Positions 62,197-64,000 of a stretch of 64,000 nucleotides of DNA are shown here, piece after piece. Source of the stretch: Cyanophora paradoxa CCMP329 (taxonomy: Eukaryota; Plantae; Glaucophyta); assembly GCA_004431415.1 (NCBI GenBank), contig QPMI01000535.1, positions 372,001 through 436,000 on the forward strand, read 5' to 3'. The notes below the pieces were generated by a model. That model made no database searches. It saw only the letters and a program-made list of their open reading frames with translations, and had not been told where the DNA came from. Each line of letters starts with the position of its first letter. The first letter of the stretch is position 1. A program made the translations under genes and the position numbers.

Positions 62197-62698
62197 CAGA
62201 GTTCCAAAATTTTTTGTGGGCCCAGGAGACCCCCAAAAAATTTTAAAACTTTTTAAACATTTTTGAAAAATTTCTCAAAAATTTTTGCCATACAAACGAG
62301 AAGGCACGTTCCAGAGGCGCGCAAACGCGCTCTAAACGTGCTCTTAAGGTCCTCTTAACATTCTTGTAGCATGGGAAGTGGTCAGAAGTTTTATTTCGAG
62401 CCCATTTGGGCGAAGGCACACTCATGAATTTCCTAGGGCTCGCCAGGGGTACAGTGAGGTCTGACCCTTATCGACGTGCAGAGTGCCCCTATCGCATTGC
62501 TTATCGCTTAAACTTCATTATACATGCAAGAGATACGTATAGGAAGCTTATTACGACGTGTTCTGCACGAGAAAAGGGCCCCCCGAATATTTTCTCGAGC
62601 AAAATTTTTTGAGCGTCCAGCCGAGACCAAAAAATTTTGCAAAAATTTTACAAAAAATTTTGTTTTATTTTTCGAAAAATGTTTCGGCCGGAACCCTG
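62197..62698. mobile_element. 502-bp hAT MITE
   Basis: TIR CAGAGTTCC / GGAACCCTG; perfect 8-bp TSD GCCGTGGC at 62189-62196 and 62699-62706; subterminal AAAATTTT motifs. Confidence 0.88.
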
Positions 62699-63212
62699 GC
62701 CGTGGCCATGTGCCATGTGGCACCTCAGCCGCACCTGTCACCTGTACATGTGCTGCTGAGGCTGTGCATGTGACAGCCTCTGACAGGCACTGACAGGCTG
62801 TGCACGTGCCCACGCCGGCCCCACCGGCCCCCACGGTGGCAGGCTCTGCCAGCTGCAGGCTGCAGCTGGCCGGCCCAGCTGCCTCAGTTCCGGCGCCGGC
62901 GCAGTGCCATGTTGCACGCGTACAGCGGCGGCTGCGGCGCACTAGTACGTACTGAGTATACGTACGCGTACGGGGCCGGCGGCGGGTTAAGGTTTTAGCC
63001 TACCCTGCCAGAAAGCTCTCATTAGCGCCGGGAGCTCCAGATCTCCCGCGACATCGCATCCCGAGTCCCGACTCGGACGTGGACAGCTGACGCGGCGACA
63101 GCAGCAGCTGCACAGCAGCGAAAGCTCGCTGCGAGGCCGCGAGGAAGGTTAACGAAAGCGAAGGCCAGCACGCTCGGCTGGTTCGTGACCCGTGTCAGCC
63201 GGTCGTCGTGCG

Positions 63213-64000
63213 ATGAATGCGAGCGCCCCGACAGCCGACCGCGCTCAGTGCCGGTGCGTTCAGTGCGTCAGGCGCGGGTGGATCATTGCGTATGCCGCCT
63301 AATCGAGCGCGCTCAGGTATTTCGTGCTGGGAAGGTGTACATGGGGTGAGCCGCGGCCGGTCGCCGGATCCGATAGCAACGACACGCAACCGCACGCGCT
63401 CATTGTGCGATTGCAGGGACCACATGCAAGTTCTCGCACGACGGCAGCGCGGAAGTCGGCGCCGCGATGGTTGGCGCTTTCGGCAGACCACTTGGGCCGG
63501 GGCGGCCTATGTGCCGCTTGTTCCAGCGAGGGGCTTGCCATTACGCTCAGGTTCGCTTTCGACGTGCATCTGCTTCACGAATGGCACGTGGGAACCGCGC
63601 GTCTCACGCGTGCGTTCGTGCGCAGTGCAAGTTCAGCCACGGCGAGGACGAGGGAGCAGCTGGCGGCGGCATGCAGGCATATGCATTCCCCTATCCCGGC
63701 ATCGTGCAGCAGGGATACATTTACCCCCAGCTGGACGGGACAGCGGGCGTCGTCGTGACGAACGATCCCGCCGAGTACCACAGCCAGGGCTCGTGGCAGC
63801 AGGCGCAGCCGCAACAGCAGCAACAGCAGCAGCAGCAGCAGCAGCAGCAAGTGCAGCTGCAGGGGCATGCGATGGCGCCCGGGAGCTCGCCGGACCCGAG
63901 GCTCGTCTCTCAGATCCACATGCAGCACCCGCAGGCACTGCACACGCAAGGCCAGCCCCCGCAACTGCAGGGGCACGCCCAGCCGCAGCCGGGCCCTTCG
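63213..64000 (+). CDS. CCCH zinc-finger, Gln-rich protein (5' part)
   Basis: Spliced MNASAPTADRAQCR/YFVLGRCTWG/TTCKFSH (C-x7-C-x5-C-x3-H); a later CKFSH and a polyQ exon run off the window. Confidence 0.75.

Overview
Eukaryotic nuclear DNA with GC-rich genes and many short introns, some with GC donors. A MAF-type plastid transit peptide suggests a glaucophyte alga such as Cyanophora (inference). The window has three zones. (1) 1-5.4 kb is a lower-GC, virus-like island: the frameshifted 5' end of a probable Polinton-type protein-primed DNA polymerase (terminal protein/vOTU region), a spliced histone H3 variant with a rewritten N-tail, an 11x39-bp array carrying circovirus nonanucleotide-like motifs, and a five-intron gene for a CRESS-virus Rep homolog whose catalytic motifs all look degenerate. 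(2) 5.7-30.3 kb holds host genes: a truncated calmodulin-like gene, a NACHT-pentapeptide-WD40 NLR-like gene with one WD40 repeat per exon, a receptor-like protein with a cyanobacterial-type C4-zinc/Pkn2 kinase, a thylakoid-lumen pentapeptide protein, a cytochrome P450 and BRCC36. (3) 30.5-63 kb is a repeat nest: MITEs, a non-autonomous Helitron/Helentron-like family that appears to insert into its own 5' end, a ~9-kb tandem duplication that supplies empty sites, 144-bp and ~343-bp satellites and a short retroposon. A CCCH zinc-finger gene begins at 63213. Gene models were spliced by eye and homologies were recognised from motifs only, without database searches. Several 1-nt frameshifts fall in homopolymer runs and may be assembly errors.
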